Shown: one piece after another, positions 24,527 to 37,995 of the stretch | Layout of the letters: each line of letters begins with the position of its first letter | Numbering within the stretch: the first letter of the stretch is position 1 | Assembly: GCA_965644295.1 (NCBI GenBank) | Contig: CBFFRP010000454.1 | Span: 1 to 64,000, forward strand | Source of the DNA: Paraphysomonas bandaiensis | Lineage: Eukaryota > Protista > Chrysophyceae | Length of the DNA stretch: 64,000 nt | Direction: 5' to 3' | Position numbers and translations under genes: made by a program | The notes under the pieces: generated by a model | Told to the model about the DNA's origin: nothing | Seen by the model: only the letters and a program-made list of their open reading frames with translations | Database searches by the model: none

Positions 24527-24942
24527 TCATCCTCTGATCCATCATCGCTATCATATATTGCAATATATTGTGAGCTAGCTTCACAGTATTATTATTGATG
24601 GAATATTTTGTACCCTAGCCCTCGCATCAAATTATTACTATTTATGTAGATTATAGTATTCTTATTTCTACTATAGATTTCGTTGTTGAAGTGTTGACCA
24701 TTCACGCGCCAGAATGATAAGAAACAGATATTGTAAAAGTACGAGATTGAATTGGTGCAAGCCGACTGGTTCGTCAAAATAAATTTGCAAAAAACTTTAA
24801 AATGTTCGCAACAATTGAAACATTAGAAGAATTATGATAAATGTTGAAGACTGAATTAATAATTAGCAGGAGATTTCAGTTCATGATAGCAAATTAGCTG
24901 AAGTGAACAGAAAATTAACGTAAGCTAAACTCCTCAAACATT

Positions 24943-25316
24943 TCAGTGTTTCGCAGGCTTGGCCTCTTCCTCACTGTCCCCGGAGGTCATGAAGTAGCCA
25001 ATAAGGGTACCGAAATATAAAGTTCCTGTAATATAATATATAACATGAGCATCATGAGAGCCTGTATATGGAGTAGTGCTTACCATAGATCCATCTCTTC
25101 CAGTTGACTTGATCCTCAGGCCTATCGTCCTCTTCCGCATCATCACTGTTCGACTGGGTAGCAGTAGCAGAGAATGATCTGCTTGAAACATATGCCAGTT
25201 GTTTCTTTGGTACATAGGCGGCGTTGACAGCCTTATGGAATCTGGTTCTCATGAGCTGTATGGGGGGTTAGAAACACTGTGAATACTTCTCATATGATGC
25301 TTACCAGTTTAAACAT
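24943..25316 (-). CDS. 88-aa putative mitochondrial single-pass membrane microprotein (3 exons)
   Basis: Spliced product MFKLLMRTRFHKAVNAAYVPKKQLAYVSSRSFSATATQSNSDDAEEDDRPEDQVNWKRWIYGTLYFGTLIGYFMTSGDSEEEAKPAKH*. Two canonical GTAAG...CAG introns; basic presequence with an RSF/S cleavage-like site. Confidence 0.75.
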
Positions 25317-28066
25317 TGTTGAGTGTAGTTAAGTTAATGTAGTGGTTTGGTCGCTGGGTTGTGAGTATGTTGTGACAGTCAACCAGCAATTACAAGGCGT
25401 GGGTACCATATATACAGACACGTACTGCTGCTGTATGTAGAGGGATGCATGCATGTAGGTATGTATGCATGTATGTATACTGCTGTACCATGTACCAACA
25501 ACACAACACACCAACAGCATTCACATACACACACATACACCCCACGCATACAGGAGTACATACATCCATGCGCCGGATGCACATGCATACATCCGACGAT
25601 GCAGGTTTCTACATACAAATGACGTCAACATTCCATTTTCTCGATTTTTTCTCGATTATCTGGATTTTTTCTGGATTTTCGCTAATATTTCTAGATTACA
25701 GACATATTTTCTGCCAAAGTAACTCACAATATCACTCTAAAATCCCGAAATCCTCTATAAAATCCTAAATATAAGCTATTTAGGCCATTATTAAACCCTT
25801 AAAATCCCGCTCCAACATATAAATCCCTCTATTTTATGCTATAAACTCATAGTTTAACCACACACTAAGAATATAGAACATACCAAGCAGTTTACCTGAT
25901 ATCGATGAGTGTGACAAGCTCATGACATTAACCGGTGCAGACAATGATATGATAGGTCAGAACTTGTTTACTTTGATATCTTACGGTACCCGGGGACAGC
26001 ATGACACACTGGGAGAGTATGCGTGTACATGCTCATAGCCAGTAACTTTAATCATCTGTTTGAGTCCATGTGAATAGATGCATACTTCGTTCATTCACTA
26101 TTCAAATATCCAGTATATATAAACTTGTGCAGTGATGTACCATACTGTCTTGTAAGAGTTCGGCTCTGGACCAACCAAACTATGGCCTGATTACTATGAA
26201 GCATAAGTAACAAATAAGAAAGTGTTACGTATGCAACAACTTTTAAAGCGACGAGCATGGCAACAAAGGCAATGACACGTAAGAAGCTTGATAACCCCTG
26301 ATGTATGAAGTGAAAGTATATATTAATAGCGGGGCATCTCAACCACTGCTACTTTGGGAAGCAAGTAACAGCCCGTTACCTGGAAGCCAAGAGGGTAATA
26401 AACAATCACGCGAACCCTCTTTGGGTCTAGAGAAACAGTTTTGGGTTTACTGGACACAATTCGACGTGGATTTTATTCAGTAGACATTTTCTTGAAATGC
26501 AAAAAGGTTTGGCAGTCTCGAAATAACAAGAAGAGGAGAAGCTATCCTTGGAGGAGTTATCTAAGGTCATTGTTGAGACGACCGATGAGGAGCTCAACGT
26601 AATGTTAAATCAATCTAAGAAACACTTTCCGGATTGGTGGCTTTCGTTTTCCTATTTTCTCTTCCGGCTGACCTTCGATGCATGTCATTCTACACTCGCA
26701 CCAATCAAATAGGTTCACAAGAAGCACCACTACTCGATTCACCAATGGGAACTGGATCTGACAGGGCTGCAAGAAGATTGCGACAAAGACAGAGTGGTCT
26801 TGAGTAAAGGAGATCCCTGAGTGCTCTTGGGGATGAAGATAGACCGCAGGATAGTTCTACGAAGAAGTGTAAGAGAATTAGCAATGACGAACCAATAAAA
26901 TTCAAACATGTCATTGTCTAAGGATGAACCAGATTAAAGAGAAATACTACAATAGCAAATACAATTGCTTAATGTGATTATCCGTGACTCCTCACCAGAC
27001 GATGGCAGTTTTTACGGGGATATGAAACGCAAGTAAACAATCAGGCCTTGGTTGAGACGTCGTCATCGGATTATACTACACCTGTATTGGATAGTCTGTA
27101 TGGCACTGTGTTGTATATATGATTATATATATGACGATTGCTGTAAGAATTTAGAAATTTAAGGTTTAGATGTATTGATAATGGAGAAAACATTTCCTAA
27201 ATACCCTTCTTTTATTTTTAAAACCCTAAATCCGAGTATTAATGGATTTAGGCCATTATAAATAAAAATGGCCTAACCCCTAACCATATGCACATCCCAC
27301 TTCATGAGAGGACAATACATTAGCATAGCCGGAGATAACCATTCAAGCTGGGATTAGGGTTACATAGGCTCTATGATGGTAATCTTTGTTTTTCTAAATA
27401 CTTCTTCAAAGCTACACTATTGGCTATTGGCGACACTGTATCATGTCTCTAACAGCACTGTGTGTATAGTGATGCATATGGTGCGTCAAGAGGGTAGCAT
27501 ATGCTTTCACACAATACACTTCCACATACCTCATACATATGCTTTACCCTCTACACTCTACAGCCTGTATGTGTTCGTCACTTTAAGCATATACACTCAA
27601 TGCTTGAAGGATAAATTATAATTAATAACCAATAGTACTTGGTATTCATTGTTATCTCAACTGCCAATTGTTTTCATACAATCAGATAGGCACAATCGTA
27701 TATAGCCAATCTCAGTTTTCACTACTATTTTTAATCTCATTACTGTAGTTAATGTAATACTGTTAACAACTACTCTATTCTTCAAGTAACAGTTGTAAAT
27801 CAAACGCTTGAGCCGCTGCCGTATTAGAAGCAAGATAAAATCGTATAACTTATTGTCGTTTCATAGAACAAGATATCTAACACTACAAATAAAAGAAATA
27901 AAACGAGAAATAGATAAAACGATATATCGTATCATAACGATATAAATAGAGAAAACAAGACAAAAAAACAAAGATATAAATGGTACAAACATAAATTGAT
28001 AAAATATTGGGAATCATTAGCACTATCCCAAGAGTTTGGGGAGTTCGTTTCTGCTAATGCTGTCGC

Positions 28067-29098
28067 TCAAGCTTCAAAAACATGACTTTCAGTAGAATGC
28101 ATAGTGATGAGAGTAGGACTAGAGGCTGTGGTGTACGAAGTTGGACTTACTGAGCTGCATTGAGATGGCGTACAAGATTTACTCAGTGGCTTGCATTTCA
28201 TTTGTAGTGTGGGGTAGTTATCTATCTCGTACTCTCTAAGGACATCAACGAGAGGGTTATCGTATTGCCTTGGGCTGGGAGCATGAACTCGCTCCGTAGA
28301 GATACTTAAATTGCGATGAACAAGGCTACTTACACCACTGCTCAAGGATCTGAATACTTCTCTAGAGGAAAAGTTTGTTGTCTTCATATCTGTTAGCTCT
28401 TTCTTTATTCTAGCCAATCTGGATGATAACTCTTGTCTAAATATTATATCTTTATATTTTGAGCTGAGTTCCCGTACGTAGGATGCCTCCATCTGCCCAT
28501 TCCTTCTGCTGCGACGAACGCAGATTGCACTCCAAAAAGCCTCACCACAGATCCGATGGCGAAGATTGGCCTGTAAAGTTCTTACAGGAGAGCATAGTGA
28601 AGGGTGGCCCTGGCACCATTGAGCAAAAGTGCTAAAAGTAATTACGTCGTCGTTACTCAACAATAGTTCAGAAACGGCATGTATATTAGCATCGTCTTTT
28701 AAATTGTCTCCATGGATATCTACCAGCAGCTTCCGTATATTTGTAGACGTTAAGGAATTCATATTATCGTCGTCATATACAATGAATATGTACGGTGCCA
28801 ACTCACAGGCCTCCAGTGATAGAAAACACCAAACCAGACATACGAATTGGGAAAAATTCACACTCTTCGCACCGGCCACCTGACAGAATCTTCGGGGACT
28901 GAATATTCTATGCTCCAATCTTCCGACCTCCAATCCCAATTCCGTCAATATATTATGAATGTCGACACTATCATAGTGCGGAGGGGAGAAGCCGGAGAAC
29001 ACATCAAACAATAGATTGAGCTCAGAGTATGAGAGCCCGATTTCTTTCAGAAGGACAGAACTGATGGAGTCCACGGAAGAGCTTTGACAAGATCCCAT
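28067..29098 (-). CDS. N-myristoylated EF-hand protein (calcineurin B/NCS/calaxin-like fold)
   Basis: Likely start MGSCQSS. EF-hand-like segments VNFSQFVCLVWCF, IFIVYDDDNMNSLTSTNI and ITFSTFAQWC; low-complexity Ser-rich tail. Confidence 0.7.
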   Translation of the reverse strand: MGSCQSSSVDSISSVLLKEIGLSYSELNLLFDVFSGFSPPHYDSVDIHNILTELGLEVGRLEHRIFSPRRFCQVAGAKSVNFSQFVCLVWCFLSLEACELAPYIFIVYDDDNMNSLTSTNIRKLLVDIHGDNLKDDANIHAVSELLLSNDDVITFSTFAQWCQGHPSLCSPVRTLQANLRHRICGEAFWSAICVRRSRRNGQMEASYVRELSSKYKDIIFRQELSSRLARIKKELTDMKTTNFSSREVFRSLSSGVSSLVHRNLSISTERVHAPSPRQYDNPLVDVLREYEIDNYPTLQMKCKPLSKSCTPSQCSSVSPTSYTTASSPTLITMHSTESHVFEA

Positions 29099-29502
29099 CT
29101 CGTATCCGTTTGTATGACATCTGCTTCCTTGTTTTGACCATGTAGTGTGATGTAACAAGGACGTAAGTTGGATATGTCGGAAGAGTTGGGTGAGAAGTTC
29201 AATATATTCTAACAAATAATATCACAGAACTGTGAAATAAACGCCTGTGATTTGCTGACAATATCGTAGTATGATGTATGGAAAGGCTGTAGTGCGAGGA
29301 GTATCTGTAGTTTTACGGATAGGGTCATTCATATACTGGATATACCATATATAGTACGTAGCCCGTAACGTACCCGTAACGTACCATATACATACCGTAT
29401 AAATTACGTATATGTATACAACGTAGTCAATAGAGGATACAGTGGTATGTATATCTAGCTGTTGTTACATCACTATGAGATTACACGCATGCATACATGA
29501 TC

Positions 29503-30210
29503 TTATAGCATCAGTAAAACATTCATCTCGACGGAGTTGTGTGTATGAATCATAACCAAGGCGTCATCTCCGCTCCATGTTATGTTGTAGTCCAAGCATA
29601 GAAGCATAAATACCAAGTTAAATAGATATGGAGCTGAGTCATAGCCAGATTCTAGCGTACATGTGGCAATTCTTCGAAACGCTTCCATTGTAATATGTCT
29701 CTTGCCTTCGTATATAGGCGTAGGACCCTCAGCTTTTTCGTCAGCAATCGTCCGTTTGTATCCAGCAATGAACAGGGATATGTCATCATTGGGAAACATA
29801 TGACTCATCCTGGCTTCCTTGTATAGTAACTTAATAGCGCTTCGATAGCCTCCAATTGTTGATACGGCTTTATATTTTTGTCTTGTAGATTCACGACCCT
29901 CAGTTGGAATATTGTCATTGCTTCCTGAAGTTGTAGAAATGTTTTCTTCATCGAGAATGTAGTCACCTCCGTTACCAATATGACCAAAAAACTCAATTAA
30001 AGTGTCATTTGGAATCGGTAGTGTAAGTGCTCCAGAGTCAGAGTGATACAATGAAGAGACTGATGAGTCTTCATGGTCTCGTATTCATTCAGAGAATAGT
30101 TTTATCATGGTGCAATAATGCCTTTTTGTATTCGTGCATAGATGCTTTGAGACTACCTCTTGAGCGTTTTCAACCGCTGTTCTCTTTTTTCTTCCTTCTG
30201 GTATCGACAT
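29503..30210 (-). mobile_element. Decayed tyrosine-recombinase (Crypton-like) transposon fragment
   Basis: STIGGYRSAIKLLY...FIAGYKRTIADEK..G....EGKRHIT..F and ITWSGDDAL match my recollection of stramenopile Crypton recombinase N-terminal halves. An in-frame stop lies upstream and the catalytic C-terminal part is absent. Confidence 0.7.
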
Positions 30211-30297
30211 CTCCGTGATATATAATAATTGGACCGTTAGTATGATATGAATCCACTCTTCTCTTTAGCGATCCATGGTGTGATATGATCTGTATAC

Positions 30298-30364
30298 CAG
30301 GGCCTGGTAACCATTAATGGTAATGGCATTAATGGGCCATTGAAGGTTACCAGGCCCTAGCCTG
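30298..30364. mobile_element. 67-bp minimal hAT-like element (paired TIRs, perfect 8-bp TSD)
   Basis: AGGGCCTGGTAACC / GGTTACCAGGCCCT inverted repeat, flanked by CTGTATAC at 30290-30297 and 30365-30372. Confidence 0.75.
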
Positions 30365-31144
30365 CTGTATACCATCCCACTATATACGTAGTATACGTAC
30401 TGTACATTATACCCACTACCATACATAATCTACGAGATAGTACATATTTCCTAAAATCCTGAAATTATTCAATGGTTGTTTTTCAATGGTTTGTCGAGCA
30501 GTTGGAATCATATCGTCCGATAGCCCTTGATTACTGATACAGGATCACTTATATACAACCACTTGAGCAGAACCTGAAAGATATCCGATTTATTTATTTA
30601 CATCAGGCGAGTTGGTTTCAGCAAGGACTTTGCTATCGACAGTGTTTGTTGACTGCTTTTCTATCTACTTTTGCACTCATCCAATTAGTTCTGTGAATCT
30701 TGAATCTAGTCCTTTCACAAGTATATGTGCAATTAACTTTAGTTTTATTGTGAAAGTAGCTAAACTATTATAGACAGCCAATACAATATAATGATGAATC
30801 TAAAATAACAGTTTCCTTACCTTTTTCGCTAACATGTCGATATTTAATTGCAAAATCTGTGCAAATAATTCTAGATGAAATGATTTATTATTTGTTATAC
30901 GGAGACGAAGACGTATTCTGTTGGTGTCGAATGACGAAACCCTTCTTATTTCTTACCAAGCCCATCAATTATGAGCACAATTGAAGATCCTCGTCTATAA
31001 AACTTACACATAAATAGGCTGTTCTTATTGTCAATTAGCTTTTTATCGATAAATACGCGAACACAAATTAAATAGCTGATTGACGAAATCATATCGCATA
31101 TCATATTTACCTATGTACATTTAACAATTCTATCTAACGTGCGG

Positions 31145-34100
31145 TTAAATATTAAGACCCCATAATCTGTTGCTGGCCATTTTCTGCTGAATTAGTTTCT
31201 TTGCAATTCGGTGATAACCGTCGCTGGCCTGTTGAAGGAAATTACAGAACGTTGAAATAGTAACAGCATAACTAGAAACACCTCTAGAAACTTCATTGTC
31301 AGATTTTCAGCCCTTGTTAGCTTCTCCTCACGCCTCTTGATGGCATCGATTAGCTCCTCACCCGCCATCGCAACTGTAATGCGTTCAAGGCCCTTCCCTA
31401 GCCCATCCAGGTCTACATAATGAAAAAATGACTTCCTTATTAGCGGCTTATGTTACTTCTCACCGCTATCCTTCTGTTGTGGGGACGATTTCATATTCCC
31501 CATGGAGTGATGTCTGCGCATCAATCACACGACACACTTTCAAGTGCAACTAGTTACCTGTTAAATCGAGGGGGTGTGGAAAAAGTCGGGGGTCTGTCCG
31601 ATAACGACCTTCGAGATGTGGAATCGTTTCTACAAGTTATGTTGTAATGTGTACACTAACTTAACCTCGTTGCAACTCACCTGCCTGCCTCCATGCCTCC
31701 AAGAGTAGCTTGTCTGTAATCAGTCGTGAAATAAAATAAAACTACTTCCGGATAAGGAGTCACCTGATAGCCGCATTGACTCCTGTGGGGTCCCCTCTGG
31801 GGTCATCAAGAGCTTCTACCAAGTCACCAATGCTATATTTGGTAGGTAAGGGAGAGTAGCATACGAAGAAAGTACTAACCTCTCCATCAGTTCCATTGCA
31901 CACATCTTCAGCTCTCTTACTCTCGGGTGATCGGGAGATGGCTGTGAAGCCTGTGTAGCGGTGTAGCGGTCACAGAAAAAATAATTTATGATACACTTTA
32001 TCGGTACCTCATGCATCAAACGATTAAAGCACCCGTCGCAGACTCTTTCTCTGCTATCAGCTGCCTCGCTGTTATTGGTTTCTTTCAAGTGCTCGTCTAT
32101 ACGCATGTCAAACAATGGACTCAATGATCATTACTACCCCACCTATAACAGTAAGTCGCAGTCTCTTCGTTGAACAGCTGCAGCCGCGACCGCCGACATG
32201 TAAGCGTTATCGTTTTATCACATGGAATATAATATCGTATCACTTACAAATCACAAGCCAAACTACCACAGGCGCGACAGTGGTGCCGCCTATTTTTGAT
32301 TCCAAATTCCTCTACACGTGAAGGAATTACTCACAACGCCAGAACTTTCTTCAAACCTACCTGTACAGAGCTGACAGGAATACGACGCGTCGTTTCGTGT
32401 CCACGCCCGCTTGTGCAGTCTCAGGTCCTCTCCGGCCTGCTCTCGAGCCAGCACAAACTCCGTAAAATTAGGAGACTCCTTCTGTTGATGGTAGTGCACT
32501 GGTGTTAATCAAGGATCACTTTGCATAGCATGGCACAGGCGCCCACCTTCTCCTCCCATTCTGTGCGTGCTAGTTGTACCGCTTCGCGAAACGATTGTCG
32601 CAGATTCTCCAGGTGCTTTGGGCTGAACCTTCCACCTGCAAGATGTGTCATTATAGCATTGCAGACGCGCATAATACCTTTCTTGACTATTTCCAAAATT
32701 ACAGGAAGAGCACGCACTGCCCAATTTCCAACTTTTTCAATCGTAGCTTCCATGGGGCGCCATCTGTCCTCGTCCCCACATGAGTCGTTTGTGTCAGCGG
32801 AGCCCATATTCTGTAAGCTCTTGGAATTCGGGGGAGGTGGACTCTTCGCACCGCGACGTGAGTGCACATTCATAACTAAATCAAATGCAGTGCGCCCCTA
32901 TACTCAATACGGTAAAAATGTAAGCCTTAGATGCCAGAGAAAGCAATACGACATTTCACCTGGAAGTCTCTCCAATTCGGATACGCCCCCTACACAGCAG
33001 CCAGTCAAAAAAATAACGCGTAGTATACATGTAACAATCATTGATCACGGCGAATATAAGTTCAGAAGTATGGAACAGTACAATTACCTTGTCTAAGAAG
33101 CTCCTTATGGTTTCCACATCTGGAGATGCATGAGTGCAAGCCATCTGTAGAAAACATTATCGACGATTAAAGTAGCAGCAGGCAATGTACCTGAAGCGGG
33201 GTCAGCCCAGTTTTTTGGTGCTTCACATTAACATTAGCGCCTGCGTCGACAAGCATTCTGTACAACATAATTAGAATTCCCCGATGAGTTGCAGTTGGCT
33301 CCGGAATGTCGACATACCTCACAGGACGAGCAAGATTCTTCTCTGCACAAACATGTAGTGGTGTGGCACCCATAGAATCCATCTACAGCACTATTATTGT
33401 TTCGCAATGCTGCTGTACAATACTCCCACCTGATTGAGGTCCATGCCCTTGGAGTTCAGAAGTTGCAATGTCCATGGCAAACCCTTGCTCGCATGTCCAT
33501 ATCTAAAGAGGGCAATAGTTACAATATATGCACCACAACCAGAACCAAACACAGACTCACACGACAGCCATAAACACGGCATCTCTGTCTCTTAGGTTCC
33601 GCACCAAGGGATCTGCTCCCTTCTCTGAAGACAACCGTTAAAAAATGCAGTCAGTAAATCAAATAGTCACCAAATGATCAAAACAATAGGGTGAGTTCAC
33701 AAATACATACCGATAAGTATCCGTGCCAACGTATCGTGGCCAAAGGCTGCGGCCAATAGCAAAGGCGAATTGAGTCCCCCATTGAGACAATCCACGTCGG
33801 CGCCTTTCTCGAGAAGAATCCGCAGACAGGCTGTGCAGGAAACAATGTCATGTAAAGATTGATACAGGCTATTCGACAGTGTGTTTACTCACCTTCATTT
33901 CCTTTAAGCGCCGCCCAGTGTAATGGTGCCATGCCTGACTCGTCTGGGGAGTCAATGTGATGTCCATTTCCACCGACTCTCTCCAAGAGTTTCAGGTGTT
34001 TCCGAAGCACCAGGAGATTTCCCGTATACGCTGCAGAATGCAGTGACCCAAGCGCCACCTCGTTAAACCACCCAAGCTTCTTCGATAAAGAAGTGTTGCG

Positions 34101-35017
34101 ATAGTACCCGAGTATGGTATTTGTAATTTCTCTCAGCCTAATAGATGTGCCATTACACACCCAATATAAACATTCGCAAAAATAGATTCATATATATAAC
34201 GCGAATCGAGAAAACATACCACGTGGCCCTTGTCGATTCATTATCGCAGGTAAATATATGGCTTGAGTAGGGCCTACAAATAAGAATAAGAGGAATACAG
34301 CTCAATGATCTTCATGTGTTTACCTCTTGCTACCACAATACATTATGACTTCAAACGCTGTTGGATCTTCATCATCATCATATGACAAATCATTTATCTT
34401 CATGTCTTTTATCCATAGCACCTATCAGGCCATATCAGGACATACAGTATAACTACATTACTAAGCAACCCACCTGAAGAAGCTCATATACACTTGGACT
34501 AAACACATACACATATCAGTGAGTGCATACATACATACATACATGAACTCACGAGTTACATATAGTCACAAGAAGAACATCATTGAATAGCATCAAGTGA
34601 CGTCGAGATGTTTTCCACAGGATTCCATCTGTATACATACATGAATGAGGCTGTATATACAGGGTTATATATATATATGCTACCAGGCTCTCTCTTGTTA
34701 ACTGTATCACTCATTATATGAATCCTTGAGCTACCCGTTAAATCAAAATCACCGATATGAGGTCCATCATATGATTGACTGGATGAAGGGCCGATCTCTC
34801 CAGTGGAACGACGACGTGATGTATCTTTAATACGTAAAGTTGAGGCAATTGTTTGTACTTCCTTCCATTGTTTGCCTGATGGACGGGCTACACGACCTCG
34901 ATTAGATAAATCCCGATTACATATGAAGTCAGTTAATCCAATTGTCTCTTCAAGATCTCTTTGATTTTCTTCTTCTTTTTTACGAAGTTCTTCTTCATGT
35001 TCTTCCATAGGATCCAT
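31145..35017 (-). CDS. Intron-rich protein with PH-like domain, ankyrin repeats, FYVE zinc finger and C-terminal R-SNARE-like coil
   Basis: RRHLMLFNDVLLVT (PH-like). Ankyrin repeats GMAPLHWAA, GATPLHVCA and GLTPLQMAC. Spliced FYVE WTRND...CQLC...RRHHCRACG...C..C...RVCDGCF. Ends ...ASNRLWGLNI*. Some internal exon boundaries are approximate. Confidence 0.85.
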
Positions 35018-35701
35018 ACGTGTGACTATTAACTACGATGATATATGTACGTATATTGTGATATGTGAATATATGAAGTATTTATATATGAGGAATTCAA
35101 TAGATAATATTAATATACAGTGACTGTATTACTGTATAGTGTAATGAGAGAGTTGATTTGGTGTTCAATGCAGTGTTAACACACTGTGTATGCCGCAGCA
35201 CTCGTTGATTGTGAATAACACTACTTGACTGCAGCTAATGTAATGGCTAGTTACATGATGCATGCTAGTTAAGGTATGTGGATGTACGTATATATGACCA
35301 TGCAGATATCTACTGTATATAGGAATACACCCATCACTGTCATATGTTATTGTGTAGTATACGGGATGTATATCACGGTATACAGAGATACCAATAGATA
35401 TCACTGCTGCATCACATCTCATTGTAGTTCCTGTAGTCCAAACAAGAAAAACTGAAAATATCGCGTCTGTTACAGATATATTTTCCGACCTTCTCACAGA
35501 AAAAAATCATGAAAGGAAACCCACATATACACACATGACACCCTCATCGAGGCTATGAGTGTACTCCTATAGTATACATACTACACCTGGAATAGTACAA
35601 CTCGACCCCACCCACAGCCTTTAATCATATTAAACATAGTGGGATACAAAGTAGACATAGTAGTTCTTAGTTATCTGTGTGGATATTTCGCTTAACCCAC
35701 A

Positions 35702-36624
<923 letters not shown>

Positions 36625-37399
36625 CTCAATATCCGTGTCTGGGAATGACAATGTGACTACTCTCCTAGTTTAAGTCTATTGTCTCTTCACGACCAATATA
36701 CCACTATGAATTGTAAAATTCTCTAGAGAGGCATTTTTGAATTCTCTTTGATATTTAGATAGTTGATACCGGTGTCTGTTGTTTGGTTGGAGAAATAGTA
36801 CAGGCTTAGCTTGCTGTCATCAGTTGTAGTCAAGTGCATATTCATTCGAACTTGTTGACATTAGCTGATAATCTGATATAACTATCATCCACCTTCTGCA
36901 TTGTGACTCTATTCGATAGATTACTGCAAAATGTACGGTCCGAATCTGTACTCGAATCTTGCGGCAATGAATAATCTGATACCACTACTTCTACTCAGAA
37001 TACAAAACTACAGGTGGTAAGTACAAAAAACGGGGGTGGCTACGTGTGAACTTCTTCTAAGTGTGTAGAAGGTGATTCCGTAATGAGAGCTATAATAGGG
37101 TGATGAGGAGCAAACACAATATGATTAGTTATGTATGACTGAGGAAGTTATGACATAAAATTCTCAACTTCTCACAATATATGAGTGTTCTCTCTGACCA
37201 TTTCTAGAACGAAATACATGATTGGTTTATGCCGGACTAATGCAAACATATAACAATTTCACTTTACAAAAAATTAATTGGGTTCCTTCGTATTTAAAAA
37301 TTTAAATTTCGGTTCTAGTTGCCCAAACTATGCACTTTACGGTACACTCTTTAGTCACTTGAACGAATATTAACAGGAATAAACATAACATACTGATAA

Positions 37400-37919
37400 C
37401 TACTTAGCGTCAGAATCACTTGAAGTAATTGACGACGTATCGTTATTGTTATCACTCTCTCTGCTGTCATCTGACGTAGTGTCTGTGTCCTCGTCACTGT
37501 CGCCCATTTTAGCCTCTGCACGACCTACATAGATCTTAAACATGGTAGAATAACCATATCAACAAAACTTACTCCTTTCAATATATTCCAGCAATGTCTT
37601 TCTGTACTCCAATATTACTCTATTGGTTGGTTCATATTCTAATACTACACAACTATCAGTGATGTCATGAGATGAACGTACTATACATACTCTCCTCTCC
37701 GATATCGATAGCTTCTCTAGCGCTGTCTTCATTCAATGTATCTGCTGACACTAAAACAAGAAACTACGATACATGAGTAATCTACTATATATGCAGGCAG
37801 AGAGAGTCCGTATACCTGACTCATTAACTCCATAGGGGCGCCCTTAGACCCCTCCTTATGATCACCTGAATATGATAATGATACTGATATTAAATAATAC
37901 ATAAGACAATCATACCCAT
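37400..37919 (-). CDS. ERICH2-like small protein (5 coding exons; absent from the ORF track)
   Basis: Manual splice gives MGDHKEGSKGAPMELMSQFLVLVSADTLNEDSAREAIDIGEEILEYEPTNRVILEYRKTLLEYIERSRAEAK plus an acidic D/S tail. APxELMxxFL...ILxYEPxN resembles the conserved ERICH2 core. Confidence 0.7.
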
Positions 37920-37995
37920 TATATCTCCAATAAATAAACTATACTTACTCAGCAACAAACTATGAAGAGCAGTGATCTGATTTAAATCTTACTGG

